Assembly: GCF_021869535.1 (NCBI RefSeq)
Contig: NW_026262668.1
Location: forward strand, 24,428,001-24,492,000
Direction: 5' to 3'
Source of the DNA: Mytilus californianus
Lineage: Eukaryota
Length of the DNA stretch: 64,000 nucleotides
Shown: positions 21,983 through 36,500 of the stretch, piece by piece
Position numbering within the stretch: position 1 is the stretch's first letter
Layout of the letters: each line of letters begins with the position of its first letter
Notes under the pieces: generated by a model
Told to the model about the DNA's origin: nothing
Databases searched by the model: none
Seen by the model: the letters and a program-made list of their open reading frames with translations, nothing else
Position numbers and translations under genes: made by a program

Positions 21983-24900
21983 GTAATTTAAGAATTGTAT
22001 ATATTTATTTAGAGGATACTAAACATGCATTCATCAGTTTTTTTATGATAAATTTATTTTAAAATCTCAAAAATATTGACAGTAAGGGCCGTTTGAGAAC
22101 TTAATCTTACGACATATCTGATAATTTCAATTGTTCCATTATGAACATTCCATTTCTATGTATAGTACTATTTTCAAATGCATGATGAGTATGGACATTG
22201 AGAATATATCCCCCAGTCGATACCACATTCCAGGGCTGGCGTTTCCTATCATGATTTCCATCATAGAGAGTTTCTGCTATCAAGGAAGTTATTGTATATT
22301 TGAAGTCATCTTTTCATGTATACATCAAAAGTATGCGGTCATAATTTGAACGACCGTTATGGGAAATGTTTGTTTGTCACAAACGGCCGTAGATATGTTC
22401 CATTTATCTTATTTTTATAGTGCGCAGTCAAAATTTATGCAGGCTATAATAAATTCTATGCTTTTATAATACCAATCTTTATAGGATTAGGTCTAAACTA
22501 AAATAACCCCAATATAAACACGAATGAAGTGAAGCCGCTGTTCCGGGATTGTAATCAATAGTAGCAATTACTCCAACGAGAACACAATCAATATTGCGAC
22601 GAATAAAAAATTAACAATTAACATTGATTATTAAAACCCAACACGAGTTTATTTATAAAATTTGAAATATACAAAATCTACAAAATGTACAAAACAAAGG
22701 CTTGGCATTAAAAAAAACAAATAAGAGAAAAGTAAGGATCTGACCATTGGAACCTCTGTTGCTTTGAATATCTGTCTCGTCTTCTTCTTCTTTCGTTTGG
22801 CCCTTTTCCGATTACTTTTTCAACATCAAGCACTCGTTACATTCGACAAAATCATGATTTTGAAAGGGAAACTAAGTGATGCAAGCTAACAAGTTGTGAA
22901 TCATGAGGTACTATAATACCCGAAATACTATCATATTCCATGTTTGCCCGATAGAAGTTATTATTTGTTTTTCGCCAATTTTATGACAAATGGATTTTTT
23001 CGAAACGAATAATGCTTGCCTATAATTATTATTACAGTCATGATAGTACATAAAGTAGAGTATTAATTAATGCTGATTTTATTGGTTTATGGCATCCGCA
23101 TTCTTGGGAAGATAGTAAAGTACTATCATCAGTGCAATTAACAAGTGGTTACTGAAAGATAGTGCAAAGCCAAATTTCAGCTAATTAATAACCATTCTAT
23201 CATACTTAAATATCAATCAGTACACTCCAACAGATTTTAACATGACCTTGTCACAATGTGCAATACAAAAACTTAATTTAAGATGATTTTATTGATCAAG
23301 TTTGTCTATTAAACACCGTAATAAAAATCTTTAAATATTGTTTTAATCGGTAGTAACATTGATTTTGTTTTTTTAATAAAATACATCATGACTAAATATA
23401 TTGCTATATATGTACAGCTAGGACTACTCATAATCCTACATCCGGTAGAGACTGTTTTTTTATATTTTGGCATTGCACAAGATCAGGTGTTTCTCAGACT
23501 GTTTATGACGTTATACTAAATCCGTTGGATGTATACTTATTGATACTTTAGTCTGGGCGAACAGGATTTATTTATTAGTTGTAATCGACTTTCAGCTACT
23601 GCGAGTACTCTTATATTGGTGCGCTGTGTCAAGAGTTTTTTTTTAAGCAAGTTGCTATTTAGTGTTTCGTAACGAGTTAAGCAATTTGGAACTAATTTTA
23701 ACAGTTTGTTCTTATGTTGTGATGTTACACCACTGTCCCAGGTTTGGGAAGGGTTGTGCGCTCACAAACATTATCAACCCCGCTATGTTCTTCTTGTGTC
23801 TGTCCCAAGTCATAGCTTGTAATTCATGGGTTGTCGTTGGTTCTTGTCTATCATATTTGTTTTTTTCGTAAATTGCATTATTATGAATTAGGGCATTAGT
23901 TTCTCGTTTGAATTGTTTTAAATTTTTCATGAAGAGGCCTTTTAAAGCTACCCATATAGTATGTGTTTTGTTCATTTTTGAAGGCCATACGATGACCTAT
24001 AATTGCTTATGTCGACGTCGTTTGAACTTAGGTGGATAGTTGTCTCATTGGCAATCTCACTACATCTGCTTCTTTTTATTCGTATCCGTATGTTGACCTC
24101 AATAGATATCGTTTGGTTGAAATGTGTTGAGACAACATGTCATGAATATTTATGGAATTAAATTAAGAAAGCCATTTGAGGAAAAAATGTAAGAAAAAAT
24201 ATTGCTTCATTTTTTATCTTTTATGTTCATATATTTTTTATCATTAGTGTTAAAATCTTTAAAGCGAAGTTTAAAGGCTTGTTGGATTTTGCTCAGTTCT
24301 TTTTACCTCCCAAGCGAAAGTTTCCTTAAACCATAAGTCAAAAGACCGTAATTCTGCAGTATGTTAGGCTTACATATATAGTTGGATTAGGATGGATAAA
24401 AGGAATCAATGCACACATCTGCATTTTAATGGAACAAAAATAGTGTTTGGTTTGCATTTAGGAATTTTAGAGTGATGAAAATAACAAAACGTTTGTATTT
24501 CCCCTTAAGAAGTAATCAACGTAACCCACATCCCTTTAATACAATTAACTATAGTATGTTGTGCGCAACCTCAATTATTTTATAGAGACTGTATAATAAC
24601 CAGGTTATAGTTAGTTAGCAATGTTTTTCAGAGAAACTTTCAGTTTATTTGAAAAGTGAGAGATTTAAAGAAGTTGTAAGCAATGAAACCAAAGAAGACA
24701 TGAAAGCAATAGCACATCAAGCTTTGAATGGTGAGGTATATTATGTGTAATCAATTGTAAATTAAACATACCACAAGGTAACCTATTCCAAACTGCTTTT
24801 AGTATGACCCGTGATTTTGTTTTTCACGTCTTAAAGTTTTGTTTTAAAATGTACTTGCCATGTAATTGGTATAAACCAAGCGCCAACATAATCAAATTCC

Positions 24901-26409
24901 TGACTGATCCAAACAATGTGAGCGTTTATACTTTAAGCAATTTAAACTTAGCAAGTCATATCAAGCTAAAAAAAAGACAGTAAACATTTGCTTGTTTAAG
25001 TTTATCATTTAGTTCTACAGAGTAAGCAAAGTCCTGTATGCAAGAATGAGAATAGTAACGGTGCTGAACTCCTATTTTTCTTTTTACTTTTTTCTCTCTC
25101 TATTTAAAGATATATTCAAGCCTTATGTCAACAGCGGCGAATTTAAGCAAGATCTGAAGAGAATGTCGGCCTTGATAACCAAAGGTAAACTTATCTAATG
25201 ATTTATATTTTTCTTTCTTATTGGTGTTTCGAAAATATAGTTTCATTTTAAAAGATAACAACTATTTATCAAATATATTCGATCCCAATAGCCATATGGG
25301 ATTAATCGTTATGGATCACAATAACCATATTTAGTTAAAAGATTACAGTAATACACAGTTAATGGACCACAAAATCCATGTAAAATGAATAGTCATATAC
25401 AATAAATTATATACATTTATACAATAAATGGATCACGATAAAAATATACCATAAATAAATCACTATAACTATATCCAATAAATGGATTACAACAGCCGTA
25501 TACAATAAATAGATCACAATAGACATATACAATAAATGGATCACAACAGCCACATACAATAAATAGGATCACAATAGCCATAAACAAGAAAAAGATATCT
25601 ACAGCCATATACTATAAATGGATCACAATAGGCATAAACAAGAAAAAGATCACAACAACCATATACAATAAATGGATCATAATAGCCATAAACAAGAAAA
25701 AAAATCTCAACAGCCATATACAATAAATGGATCACAATAGCCATAAACAAGAAAAAGATCACAACGTTTATATACAATAAATGGATCACAAAAGCCATAT
25801 ACAAAAAAATGGATTAAATGTACAGCATTAAAAGTAATGGAGATATGAGTAAATAAATTCGTCTTAATAGTACACGAAAACGTTAAATTGTATATTAGAC
25901 ATTTGTTTATTGTTGACCTCTATCTGTAGTGTGTATTCGTTGGGGAAACTGTTTCATTGACGTTTACCTACTATCTTCTTTATTAATGTTTTTTTATAGA
26001 ATCTGAAATACGACCAGCATTTTTCGTCTCCATTATGCCGCACCCTTATACACTGTCTGGTATAGATGGTGTAGTAAAGTTTGACAATGTCATCGTTAAC
26101 ATAGGGGGTGGTTATGACAAGTCAATTGGTGTTTTCACCGCAGGAAGAACAGGACTATATCAAATATCGTGTACGATTATTGGAGATCGTGGACATGCTG
26201 TACACTTCTTGTTAGCTAAAAACGATGCAGAATATATTAAGGGACATTCAGCCTTAGGACCTCATACATCGGGCACTATAAATGCAGTTATTGCAATGCA
26301 TAAAGGCGATCGTGTTAATATCAAACATCGAGCTACTCACCATTCGGAGAATATTACAGGTTTAAATCATTCATCTTTTTCTGGTTATTTTCTGCAGGAT
26401 TTGTATTGA
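21799..26409 (+). CDS. C1qDC copy 3, intact: secreted coiled-coil + gC1q protein of 255 aa (C1q-like type II)
   Basis: join(21799-21982, 24632-24730, 25110-25184, 26000-26409) = 768 nt, all GT-AG, no internal stop. Confidence 0.9.
23715..24080 (+). mobile_element. Degenerate subfamily D short retroelement (paralog 35205-35560)
   Basis: Decayed twister-like core and the GTTGTCTCATTG tail. Confidence 0.65.
24632..24730 (+). CDS. C1qDC copy 3 exon 2 (coiled coil)
   Basis: AG/GTGAG, 99 nt, open. Confidence 0.88.
25110..25184 (+). CDS. C1qDC copy 3 exon 3
   Basis: AG/GT, 75 nt, DIFKPYVNSGEFKQDLKRMSALITK. Confidence 0.85.
25280..25820. repeat. 27-bp minisatellite with a 54-bp alternating dimer
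   Basis: Variant unit TAAACAAGAAAAAG at 25581, 25635, 25689 and 25744. Confidence 0.9.
26000..26409 (+). CDS. C1qDC copy 3 exon 4, gC1q domain
   Basis: ESEIRPAFFVSIMPHPYTL...FSGYFLQDLY*. Confidence 0.92.
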
Positions 26410-26997
26410 AGTCTTTAGCGACTTAATTTTTATTCTGTTTTTTTAGCAGTACATTGCGGTATGGTTGTTAATCAAAGGGCACATGGATTTTATTAAACAA
26501 AATGTAAACATTTTTTGTTAATTGATAAAAGTAAAAGAAGGTCTCATTAATTGGTCTAAATTTTACTATATTTCAGCACAAATAAGACATGTTGAGAGGA
26601 TATTTTATTCCGTCTGCAACTTTTTAGATAAAGTTTTTGCATCATAAATTCATACAGCTGATAAGTTTAGGGATTGAGCTTCAATTTTGTCGTATTAGCT
26701 AAAACGTCTTATTGATAAAGGTTATAATTTTATCAATCAGTACGTCAGGTATTTTTTGGGATAAACATCAAGTCACTAATTCATAGTTGGACGAAAACAA
26801 AATGCAAACATACTTTGATACCATGTATATTGTTTATTATGCTACAATGTGTGTACTTATCTTTTTTTGTAATTATCTATTTTACCGTTATTTCAGAGTT
26901 ATATTTTGTAAATTTGCTTCATCTGTACCGAATTTTGTTCTATATTGTTTTGACGGCCAACTGATCGAGATATAACACAGGGAAACGTTAAAAAGCC

Positions 26998-27365
26998 CCC
27001 ACATAAATAAAAATAAGGAAATGTTGTATGATTGCCAATGAGACAACTCTCCACCAGAGACCAAATTACAAAGAAGTTAACAACTATAGGTCACCGTATG
27101 GCCTTTAGCAATGAACAAAACCCAAACCGCTTAGCCAGCTATAAAAGCCCCCGAAATGACAAATGTAAAACAATCCAAACAAAAAACTAACGGCCTGATT
27201 CATGTACAACACAATGAACGAAAAACAAATATGATATACATCAACAAACGACAACCATTGAATTACAGGCTCCGGACTTGGGACAGGCACATGCAGAATG
27301 TGGTGGGGATTTAAACATGTTTGCAGGTGCCCAACCCTCCCCTTACCTAGAACAGTGGTGTAACA
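26998..27365 (-). mobile_element. Subfamily D short retroelement, near full-length, degenerate twister core at 27266-27349
   Basis: Reverse complement of the core plus tail; absent from the flank of copy 1. Confidence 0.75.
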
Positions 27366-27829
27366 TATGCATGCTCTGTATGCATGTGTTTGCCCCAAGT
27401 CAGGAAAATATCGTCAGGGGTTATTTGTTGTCGTATCTTATTGTTTTTTTTTGTAATTTGGAGAATTTGTGTTGATGGCAGATCTTTGCTAATTCTGTTT
27501 ATTAAAGCACAACTTTCATATCCTTCGAACAATTAGAGCTTCACATATTGTAGACATCTGTCTAAGAGCGAAGACTGTGTCTTGCCGTCTAGATGTCATT
27601 TGAATTTTTACTCGTTGGTTGCTATCTCGTTGACGCTAACCCCCTTATCCTTGTTGTTTATCGTGTTGACAAAAAAATAAAACAAAAATAGTATCTATAG
27701 ATCTATCCGTAGAATTTCTGATATTTTTCAAGGCACTTTAAAAAATCTTTTTACTGTCTTTTTCTGTATATTTCAATGTTTCTATTAACTTATTTTCCTG
27801 CTACACAATTAAGGTTTTTTTTCAGTTTA

Positions 27830-29030
27830 ATTATTCAAAATTAAGTTAGATTACATCTACCATATCAAATTTCTCTTATTCGAACTCATACCATAGAAGT
27901 TTTATATTGGCTACTTCCATGCTCAAACAAAGGTTTGACTTTTTTGCCTGTAACAAAAGTATCCCTCATTCTCAACTTGATGACATATTGCACTTATCAT
28001 TTATTGTTATGCCCCACCTAGGGGCATTATGTTTTTGGTCTGTGCGTCCGTTCATTCTTCCGTCCGTCAGTTCGTTCGTTCGTCCGTCTGTCCCGCTTCA
28101 AGTTAAAGTTTTTTGTCCTTCAGGTTAAAGTTTTTGGTCAAGGTAGTTTTTGATGAAATTGAAGTCCAATCAACTTGAAACTTAGTACACATGTTGCCTA
28201 TGATATGATCTTTCTAATTTTAATGCCAAATTAGAGTGTTGATCCCTATTTCACGGTCCACTGAACATAGAAAATGATAGTGCGAGTGGGGAATCTGTGT
28301 ACTATGGACACATTCTTGTTTTGGATAGCTTTGATTCGCAAAAAAGGATAACCAACGTAGATAAAACTGTATTGTTTTATTTTAAGAAACAAATCCTAAT
28401 TTGTTGAAAAAAATCCCTCCGATTTTACAAAACAAAATCTGAAACTGACATCGTTAAGTGCATTATTTTTTTATTGACGTTAAATTTCATATGCATTTCG
28501 GCATTCTTATGGTAACGATGAGTGTCCCTATGTTAACTTTTAATCCTAAGAAACAGACTTCATAAGGGAGAGGGGCTAAAAGTATCCTTTGATATTACAC
28601 TTCTGTATAACGATGATTTTCTATTACTGTGTTGTTCAAAGTTTGATAACTAATTTTTATTAGGTCGATACATACAGTTGAACTTCACTTCAAGTATACC
28701 ACAGAGGAAGCTGTATGTAAATCTGCTTCATATCTTGGGTATCATGACTTGGTAATCGTATTTGTTTCATGGTAACATTATATATATTCCGTTTGTTGTA
28801 TAGCAACATCAAATCTGTTTTGTTTTTTTCATGGCTTTCGATGGGTGCACCAGTGGTGCATTTTAAAAAAGAACAAACCATTCCGATACACATGAGTTAA
28901 TCGGTGGTTTTGGTAGAGTTCCTGTTGCTTAATTGTGTGTCCACTGTATTTTGTTGAACGGTCTATTTTATTTTTTTTTTTTATCTTTTTGTCTTTGTGA
29001 TAAGTGTCACTCTTTTAATATGATTTTCCT
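27830..29030 (+). mobile_element. Decayed Penelope-like RT fossil, interrupted by a HINE
   Basis: Paralogous to 7600-8470 and 16680-17460. Confidence 0.55.
28005..28320. mobile_element. Short HINE-like element with a GTCC/GTTC microsatellite, inserted at a TT site
   Basis: Empty site ttttat|ttgga in copies 1 and 2 (~7797, ~16797). Confidence 0.7.
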
Positions 29031-29044
29031 TACCTTCTTGATAT

Positions 29045-29208
29045 AAATAAAGGCAACAGTAGTATACCGCTGTTCGAAACTCATAAATCCATAGAGATAC
29101 AAACAAATCCGGGTTACAAACTAAAACTGAGGAAACGCATCAAATATAAGAGGAGAACAACGACACAACAAAAACACAACATTAAAATGTAACACACACA
29201 GAAACGAA
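29045..29208 (-). mobile_element. 3' fragment of the subfamily A element
   Basis: Near-identical reverse complement of 4080-4248; absent from the paralog at ~17495. Confidence 0.8.
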
Positions 29209-30839
29209 CCTTGTTATTCTTAATTAGAAATTCGGCGAATGCATCCAGGGAATTCTTTTAAATTTGTAATTGCAACACCATTTCAATATATCATTATTAC
29301 TATTATTTGTTTTTACTTTTGCATAATGGGTTTTGATGTCCTACATAGAGATTATAGTGTCTGCATGTAGGTAAACTTTAGGAATATTTCAAATTATGCG
29401 TACAATGTCCTATCTGTATTAGTTTGGTCAGTTGTCAATTGACGCTTTCGACTGTTCTGTTTTCATATAGGGTACTGTGAAATTGTCTTCCTAAAGATAT
29501 TGTTTGGGTACCTTCTAACAGCACGGATCCGGCATACTGAAATCAGTATCCTACTTCATATTGCATTGACAAGGCATTAGCACTGAGGGCGCAAGACATT
29601 TGGACTGAATCATATCTATGACCATGGTATCAATTCAGTTAAAAAATTTGGGGTCAAGTTAACGATTTGGGCTAATCTTATTTTCTACCTTTATGTTTCT
29701 TATAGACAAGTTATCTATATCAGTACCAATATTTGATATTAAATATATAATATATCACTTAAAAATAAATGAAAAATACAACCTGCATACAATATGGTCA
29801 TTTGAAAAGCATGTTAGTTCCAAAAGATAAGAACTTGAAGTCTTAGACCATTTAATGGAAATGAGTTGAGATCAGGCAGTACTACACGTTTACAGTTTTT
29901 AAAAGATGTTAGCTTTAAAATCAGGACCGCAATCAATCTTTGAGAATAATTGACTGGATGTACTTTTATATCTTAACTTAGCTGTTTTATATCTGCATGC
30001 AGGTTGTTCATAGTTTAAAACAAACATTTGAGCGGTATTAATACACATCTTGCTAAAAATCTCATTTCTTTTTCACCGTGATCACTGTCTTGCAAACAGA
30101 AGGGGTGCATAAAACATGAAATGTTATAAATAGAATCTCATTTATTGCATTTCGAATATTAATAAATAGTTAAAATATAGATATGATACCCGTGAATTAC
30201 ATGTACATGTGAGGATTAGCTCAAAATGTCGACATGCCATTGGCCCAAACGTAATATATTTTTAGACCAAATTACACACCAATTACCACATCTCCCAGGA
30301 CTGAGCATGGAACGAACATACTTATTTGATATTTAATAGTGCACATGGCGTTTTCAATATCACACCCGTACCAAACCGAGACACTAATATAATCCGAAGA
30401 GCTCTGCTCGATGCATTTTATTGGTTGAGGGTTGAAACGTTGTGCGATATTGAAAAAATCCATATCATATATACTTTACTTTTCTGGTATTGAAGTGTGA
30501 ATATATACCGGAACCAATACAGAAACAGTCAGTAAATAACACTATATTTTCTATAAAATACTTCATCATTGACAAATAATAACAAAATTCCATTCAATGC
30601 AATCAAACTGTTTATATTCAACCAATAATCAATGTTTTTCCCTGTACAAGTGCAACATAGCTTTAGCATTTTAAAAGAATTTCTGTGGTAGCTTTAATTT
30701 ATGAGCACTCTATGTCAATATATAAACAATTGAATTTGAGCAAGAGCTGAAGACCTCTATGAATTCTCCCCACTAGACCAAATCACTTATTTAAAACGAA
30801 ATGTTTTATATAAAAAGCAGAACATGTGGTATGATTGGT

Positions 30840-31458
30840 CGGTTGATAACAAAGCTTTACGACAAAAGAGATGATTGCAGCTTCCCAATTGTGAACTTTC
30901 CATTTCTATGTAGCAACATTCCTGCAGCGCCTGCATACGGAGCATATATCTGCCAGTTGATACGATATTCCAGAGGTTTTATTTCCATTCATTTTATTGA
31001 TAGAGGGGTGCTTCTCACAAGGAAGCTATTAAACCAAGAGTTCCAAGTGGTGAAGTTGAAATCATCCCTTCGTAAATTTTACGGACGCAATCATTGGTTG
31101 ACCGTTATGGAATATCCGTTTCACAGATGATAGCGGATATGTTCAAAATGTCGTCACTACATCCCCACCCCTTTTCACGAATGTGAACTACGGAATTAGA
31201 CTTATTAGCGGGTTTGTACTAACATGAGCAACACGACGGGTGCCACATGTAGATCAGGATCTGCTTACCCTTCCGGAGCACATGACATCACCCCCAGTTT
31301 TTGGTGGGGTTCGTGTTGCTCAGTCTTTAGTTTTCTATGTTGTGTTTTGTTAACTATTGTTTGTCTGTTGGTCTTTTTCTTTTTTAGCCATGGCGTTGTC
31401 AGTTTATTTTCGACTTATGAGTTTGAATGTCCCTTTGGTACCTTTCGCCTCTCCTTTG
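30840..31458 (+). mobile_element. Penelope-like RT 3' fragment with tail
   Basis: ITKLYDKRDDCSFPIVNFPFL...YGAYICQLIRYSR. It appears to be inserted into a subfamily D tail (ggtatgattg|...|ctaatgagac). Confidence 0.8.
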
Positions 31459-31904
31459 CTAATGAGACAACTTTCCATAAAAGACCAAATGACGTAAAAA
31501 CTACGGTACCCCATTTTTCATTTTATTCACAAAACATGAAAAATTGAACTGGGAAAATTGTAGGGGACAAAGGTTGAAGAAATACATTTTAAGTACTAGG
31601 TATTATATTTGTGATAAGATTTGACAACCGTTAATAAACCTTAAGTTGTAATTAATTAATATAATGATATTTCGTACACCAAGAAATAACTAAATAACTT
31701 GATCCGAATCGTACTAAAATAAAACTGTTCTTGACAAAGAATTATGCAGTTTACTATATGTTTAACAGTAGATATTTCATATACAGTTATTGCCCTTTTC
31801 TTTAGAATTCTTTATTGTTTTATAGATGCATGTAGTTCACTGAAGCCAGTCACTCCTAGAGCCTGTAATTCAGTGATTGGTGTCTGTCACAATTGTTTGT
31901 CGTT

Positions 31905-32585
31905 TATTGTCCCCCGTACAATGCATAGAAATGTCCGTCTGTACGTCCGTTCGTCCGTCTGTCCCTTCATCCGGTCTTGTTATCACTCTCACGTGTACAA
32001 TTCTTGAAAGATTTTAATAAAACTTATATCATAGGTTTATATCGGCACTGTCTCAAACAAGTTCGAAAATCAGTGCCGATCAACAAAAAGAGGAATGCTC
32101 CTTGGAAATATTAATTATATGGAAAATTGCATTGTTAGCGCTCTCATTTGTACAATTTCTTCCAGGTTTTCATGAAACGTATATCATAGGTTTGTATCAG
32201 CAATGTCTCGGACAAGTTCGAAAATCAGTGCCGATCAATAATTTTTAATAGAGTTATGCCCCTTTGAAATAATAATCATATGGAAAATTGCATTGTAAGC
32301 GCTCTCACTGGTGCAATTTTTGCCAGATTTTTATCAAATTTTAATTAAATGTTTAATCAGCAATGTCTTGGACAAGTTCAAAAATCAATGCTGATGAAAT
32401 ATTTTTAAAAGAGTTATGACCCTTGGAAATATTAATTATATCTGAAATTGCATTGCATTTGCTCTGAAGTCTTCATTTCTCTAAAATATTTATAAATTTA
32501 TAAAAAAATTAAAGAAATTTTTAGTTTTTGCTAATGGCCAGATTAAATATGTGCAACGCGAGGGACATTGGAACTCCGTTCTTTT
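31905..32585. mobile_element. HINE with three ~155-161-bp repeats (uninterrupted)
   Basis: Units at 32027, 32182 and ~32343; paralog of 18835-21150. Confidence 0.7.
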
Positions 32586-35500
32586 ATTTTATTTTTCTTA
32601 AATCAGGTCTTTGGTTTTCACGTTTGAATCGTTTTACATTTTGTCAAGTCGGAGCCTGTTAAAGTTAACTATACGGTATGGGGTTTGCTCATTGTTGAAT
32701 GCCGTAAAGGAACCTGTAGTTGCTTACATCCACGTCTTTTGGTCACGGATGAATAGTTGTCTCATTGGCAATCATACCACATCTCATTATGTTTACGTGG
32801 AGTGATTTAAGACTTGTCATATGATTTTTCACTTTAATATCCATAATTGAAGGGGTGTCATGTCCTTTACATTTCTTCTTAGTTAACTTTTGTTTTCACT
32901 GTTTCATTGTCGTCTCCTTACTTTCTCATGAGGTTATATTTAATACCAATCAATGACCACTCGAGATTTATGAATGTTATTCTTATTTAAAATTTTGACA
33001 ATTTTATATAGCAGGAGGTTATGGGTTTTTAATATTTCTACTATTTCAATTCTTTTTTATTTCAGATTATTTATATGTTACTTATTTCGGTCATTCAGAA
33101 TTGTAAAAAAAAAAAACTTGCAGCATAATGACGTAATAGTCGTTTCGCCTTGACTTCGTATTTATATATCCTGACAATTGGTTATGTGCAAATAACCGAT
33201 TGTTGTTATTAATAATCTTGAACGTCCCTTTTAGTTTTATTCATTTCATACTCATCATATTGTTATATGCTTATCGGTTTAACAATATGAAGACTATTCT
33301 TATCGGAGTTGTTCTGGTCTTGAAAGTTGTATGGTCGCTGGAAACGTAAGAGGGAAAACTACCAATACTAAAATGAAACGGAATACCGTTAAATATTGAT
33401 ATAGATGTTTCTGAGTTTAACAGAAGATTTGCCGATATTGTTAGCAAAGGCATACCCGTAGAAATATCAGGTAATTTAAGAATTGTATATACATTTGTAT
33501 TTATTTTGATGATACTTAATCAGTTTGTTTATGATAAATATATTTTAAAATCTCAAAATATTGACAGTAAGGGCCGTTTGAGAAATTACCCGTACGACAT
33601 ATGTGATATTTTCAATTGTTTCATTTCGTTTCTATGTATAGCAATATTTCCTATGCATGAGGAGTATATGCATTGAGAATATATCCCCAAGTGGATACCA
33701 CATTCCAGGGTTGCATTTCCTATTATGATTTCCATCATAGAGGGTTTCTGCTAACACGGAAGCTTTAGTAAATTAGAAGTCATCTTTTCAGGTAAACGTT
33801 TAAAGGATGCGGCCATGAACGACCGTTATGGAAAATGTTTGTGTGTCAAATATTCCATTTACTTTATTTTTGTATAGTGCCTTGTCAAAATCTAGGCTGG
33901 CTATCGTAAATTCTATGCTTTTATAATGCCAATCATTATAGGTAAAATAACCCCGATATAAACATGAATGAAGTGAAGCCGCTGTTCCGGGATTGTAAGC
34001 ACTAGTAGCCATTACTTCAACGAAAACACAGTCAATATTGCGATGAATAAAAATTTAAAACTAACATCGATTACCAAAACCCAACACGAGTGTATTCATA
34101 AAATTTGAAATATAAAAAATCTACAAATCAAATGTTTGGCCTAAAAAAAACAAATTTGAGAAAAGTAAGTATCTGATCATTGGAACCTCCTCGCGTATAA
34201 ATCATCCGCTGCTTTTAATTTCTGTCTCGTCTTCTTCTATTTTCATTTTGCCTTTTCTGATTACTTTTTCAACATCAAGCACTCGTTGAATTCGATTTTT
34301 AAAGGGAAACTAAGTGATGCAAGCTATCAAGTTGTGAATCATGAGGTACTATCATCCCCGAAATAATAGTATCTTCCATGTTTGTCCGGTAGAAGTTATC
34401 ATCATCATGTCTGTTATTCAGTATCGTTTTTCGACTTCCTAAAGTAATGTTTTTCACAAATCTTATTACAAATTGATTTATATCGAAATAGAATCATGCT
34501 TGCCTTTACTATTGCAGTCATGGTAATACATCAAGGATAATATTAATAAAAGATGATTTTATCGTTTTGGGCATCCGCATTCTTGGGAAGATAGTAAAGT
34601 ACTATTATCAGTGCATTACCAGTGGTTAGTAAATGATAGTGCAAAACCAAATTTCAATAGTTAATAACCATGTTCTATCATATTTGAATATCATCAGCAA
34701 ACTGCAGCGGATTTTAGAATGACCTTGTCACAATGTGCAATGCTACAATTTAAATTAAGATGATTTTATCGATCAAGGTTGTCTATTTAACACCGTAACA
34801 AAAATCTTTAAATATTGTTTTGATCGGCAGTAACGTTAATTTTGTTTTTTGAATAAAAAATCAACATAACTAAATATATATTGCTATATATGTACAGCTA
34901 GGAGTACTCATAATCCTACATCCTTTCGAGACTGTTTTCTTATATTTTGGCATTGCACAAGGTCACGTGTTTCGCAGACTGTCTATGACGTCATTACACT
35001 AAATCTGTTGGATGTATACGGATTGATACTTTAGTCTGGGAGAACATTTATTAGTTGTAATCAGCTTTGAACTAGGCTAAGCCTTCAGCAACTGCTAGTA
35101 CTCTTATATCGGTGCGTTGTATCAAGTGTTTTTATTTTTATGCAAGTTGTTATTTTATGCTTCGTAACGAGTTAAGCCATTTGGAACTATTTTTTACAGT
35201 TTCTTCTTATGTTGTGCTGTTACACCACTGTCCCAGGTTAGGGGAGTGTGATCGTTCACAAACATTATCAACCCCGCTATAGTTTCTTGTGTCTGTCCAA
35301 AGTCATAAGCTTGTAATTCGGTCGTTGGTTCATGGCTATCATGTTTGTTTTCCGTAAATTGTATAATTGTGAATTAGGCCGTTAGTTTTCCATTTGAAAC
35401 GTTTTAAATTTTTCATGTAGAGGCCTTTTAAAGCTGTCTATACAGTATGTATTTTGCTCATTTTTCAAGGCCAAACGATGAAATATAATTTTATATCGAC

Positions 35501-35882
35501 GTCATTTGAACTAAGGTGGATAGTTGTCTCATTGAAATCTCACCACATCTGCTTATTTTTATGCGTATCGCATGTTGACCTCGATAGATATCTTTTGGTT
35601 GAAAAGTGTTGAAACAACATGTCATGAATATCTATGGTAATTAAATTTAGAAAGCCATGTGAGAAAAAATGTAAATAGGAAATATTGCTTCATTTTCTTT
35701 CTTTCTTGTTCATATATGAATGTGTATGTGTTAAGGATTTGTTACGAAACTATACTGTTTTATTATTTGTATTAAAATCTTCAAAGCGAAGTTTAAAGGC
35801 TTGTTGGATTTTCTCCGTTTTTCCTCCTTCCAATCGAAAGTTTCTTAAAATCATAAGTCAAATGACCGAAGATTCTACAGTA

Positions 35883-36130
35883 GGGGCCACGGTGGTCGAA
35901 TGGTCTAAGTAGTCGAACTACTGTATCACTAACCTGTCAACAGGTTATCAGTCCGAGTTCCGCACGTGGCAGGTGCGTTAGACCCCAATCTTAATTGACT
36001 AGTATTGTCAGTTTTCCTGCCGAAGGTCGATGGTTCTCTCCGGCTTCCTCCACCAATAAAAACTGACCATCACGAAAAAAGCACTATAGTGTTGAAAGTG
36101 GCGTTAAACGTCAAACAATCAATCAATCAG
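35883..36130 (+). mobile_element. tRNA-derived SINE, full length
   Basis: A-box TGGTCGAATGG (35893-35903), degenerate B-box, (CAAT)n tail, 10-bp TSD TTCTACAGTA. Empty site at ~24352 in copy 3. Confidence 0.85.
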
Positions 36131-36401
36131 TTCTACAGTATGTTAGGCTTACATATATAGTTGGATTGGAGTAATTAAAAGGAATCAATGCACAAGTTTG
36201 CATTTTGATGGAACAAAAGGAGTTTTTGGTTTGCATTTAGGAATTTTAGAGGGGTGAAAATAACAAAACGTTTGTATTTCCCCTTAAGAAGTAATCAACG
36301 TAACCAACATCCCTTTTATACAATTGAGTATAGTATGTTGTGCGCAGCCTCAATTATTTTATGGAGACGTTATAATCTACTTAGTTAGCAATGTTTATCA
36401 G

Positions 36402-36500
36402 AGAAACTTTCAGCTTATTTGAAAAGTGATCAATTTAAAGAAGTCGTGAGCAATGAAGCCAAAGTAGACATTAAAGCAATAGAACAGCAAGCTTTGAATG
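36402..36500 (+). pseudogene. C1qDC copy 4 exon 2
   Basis: 99 nt, AG/GT, EKLSAYLKSDQFKEVVSNEAKVDIKAIEQQALN. Confidence 0.8.
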
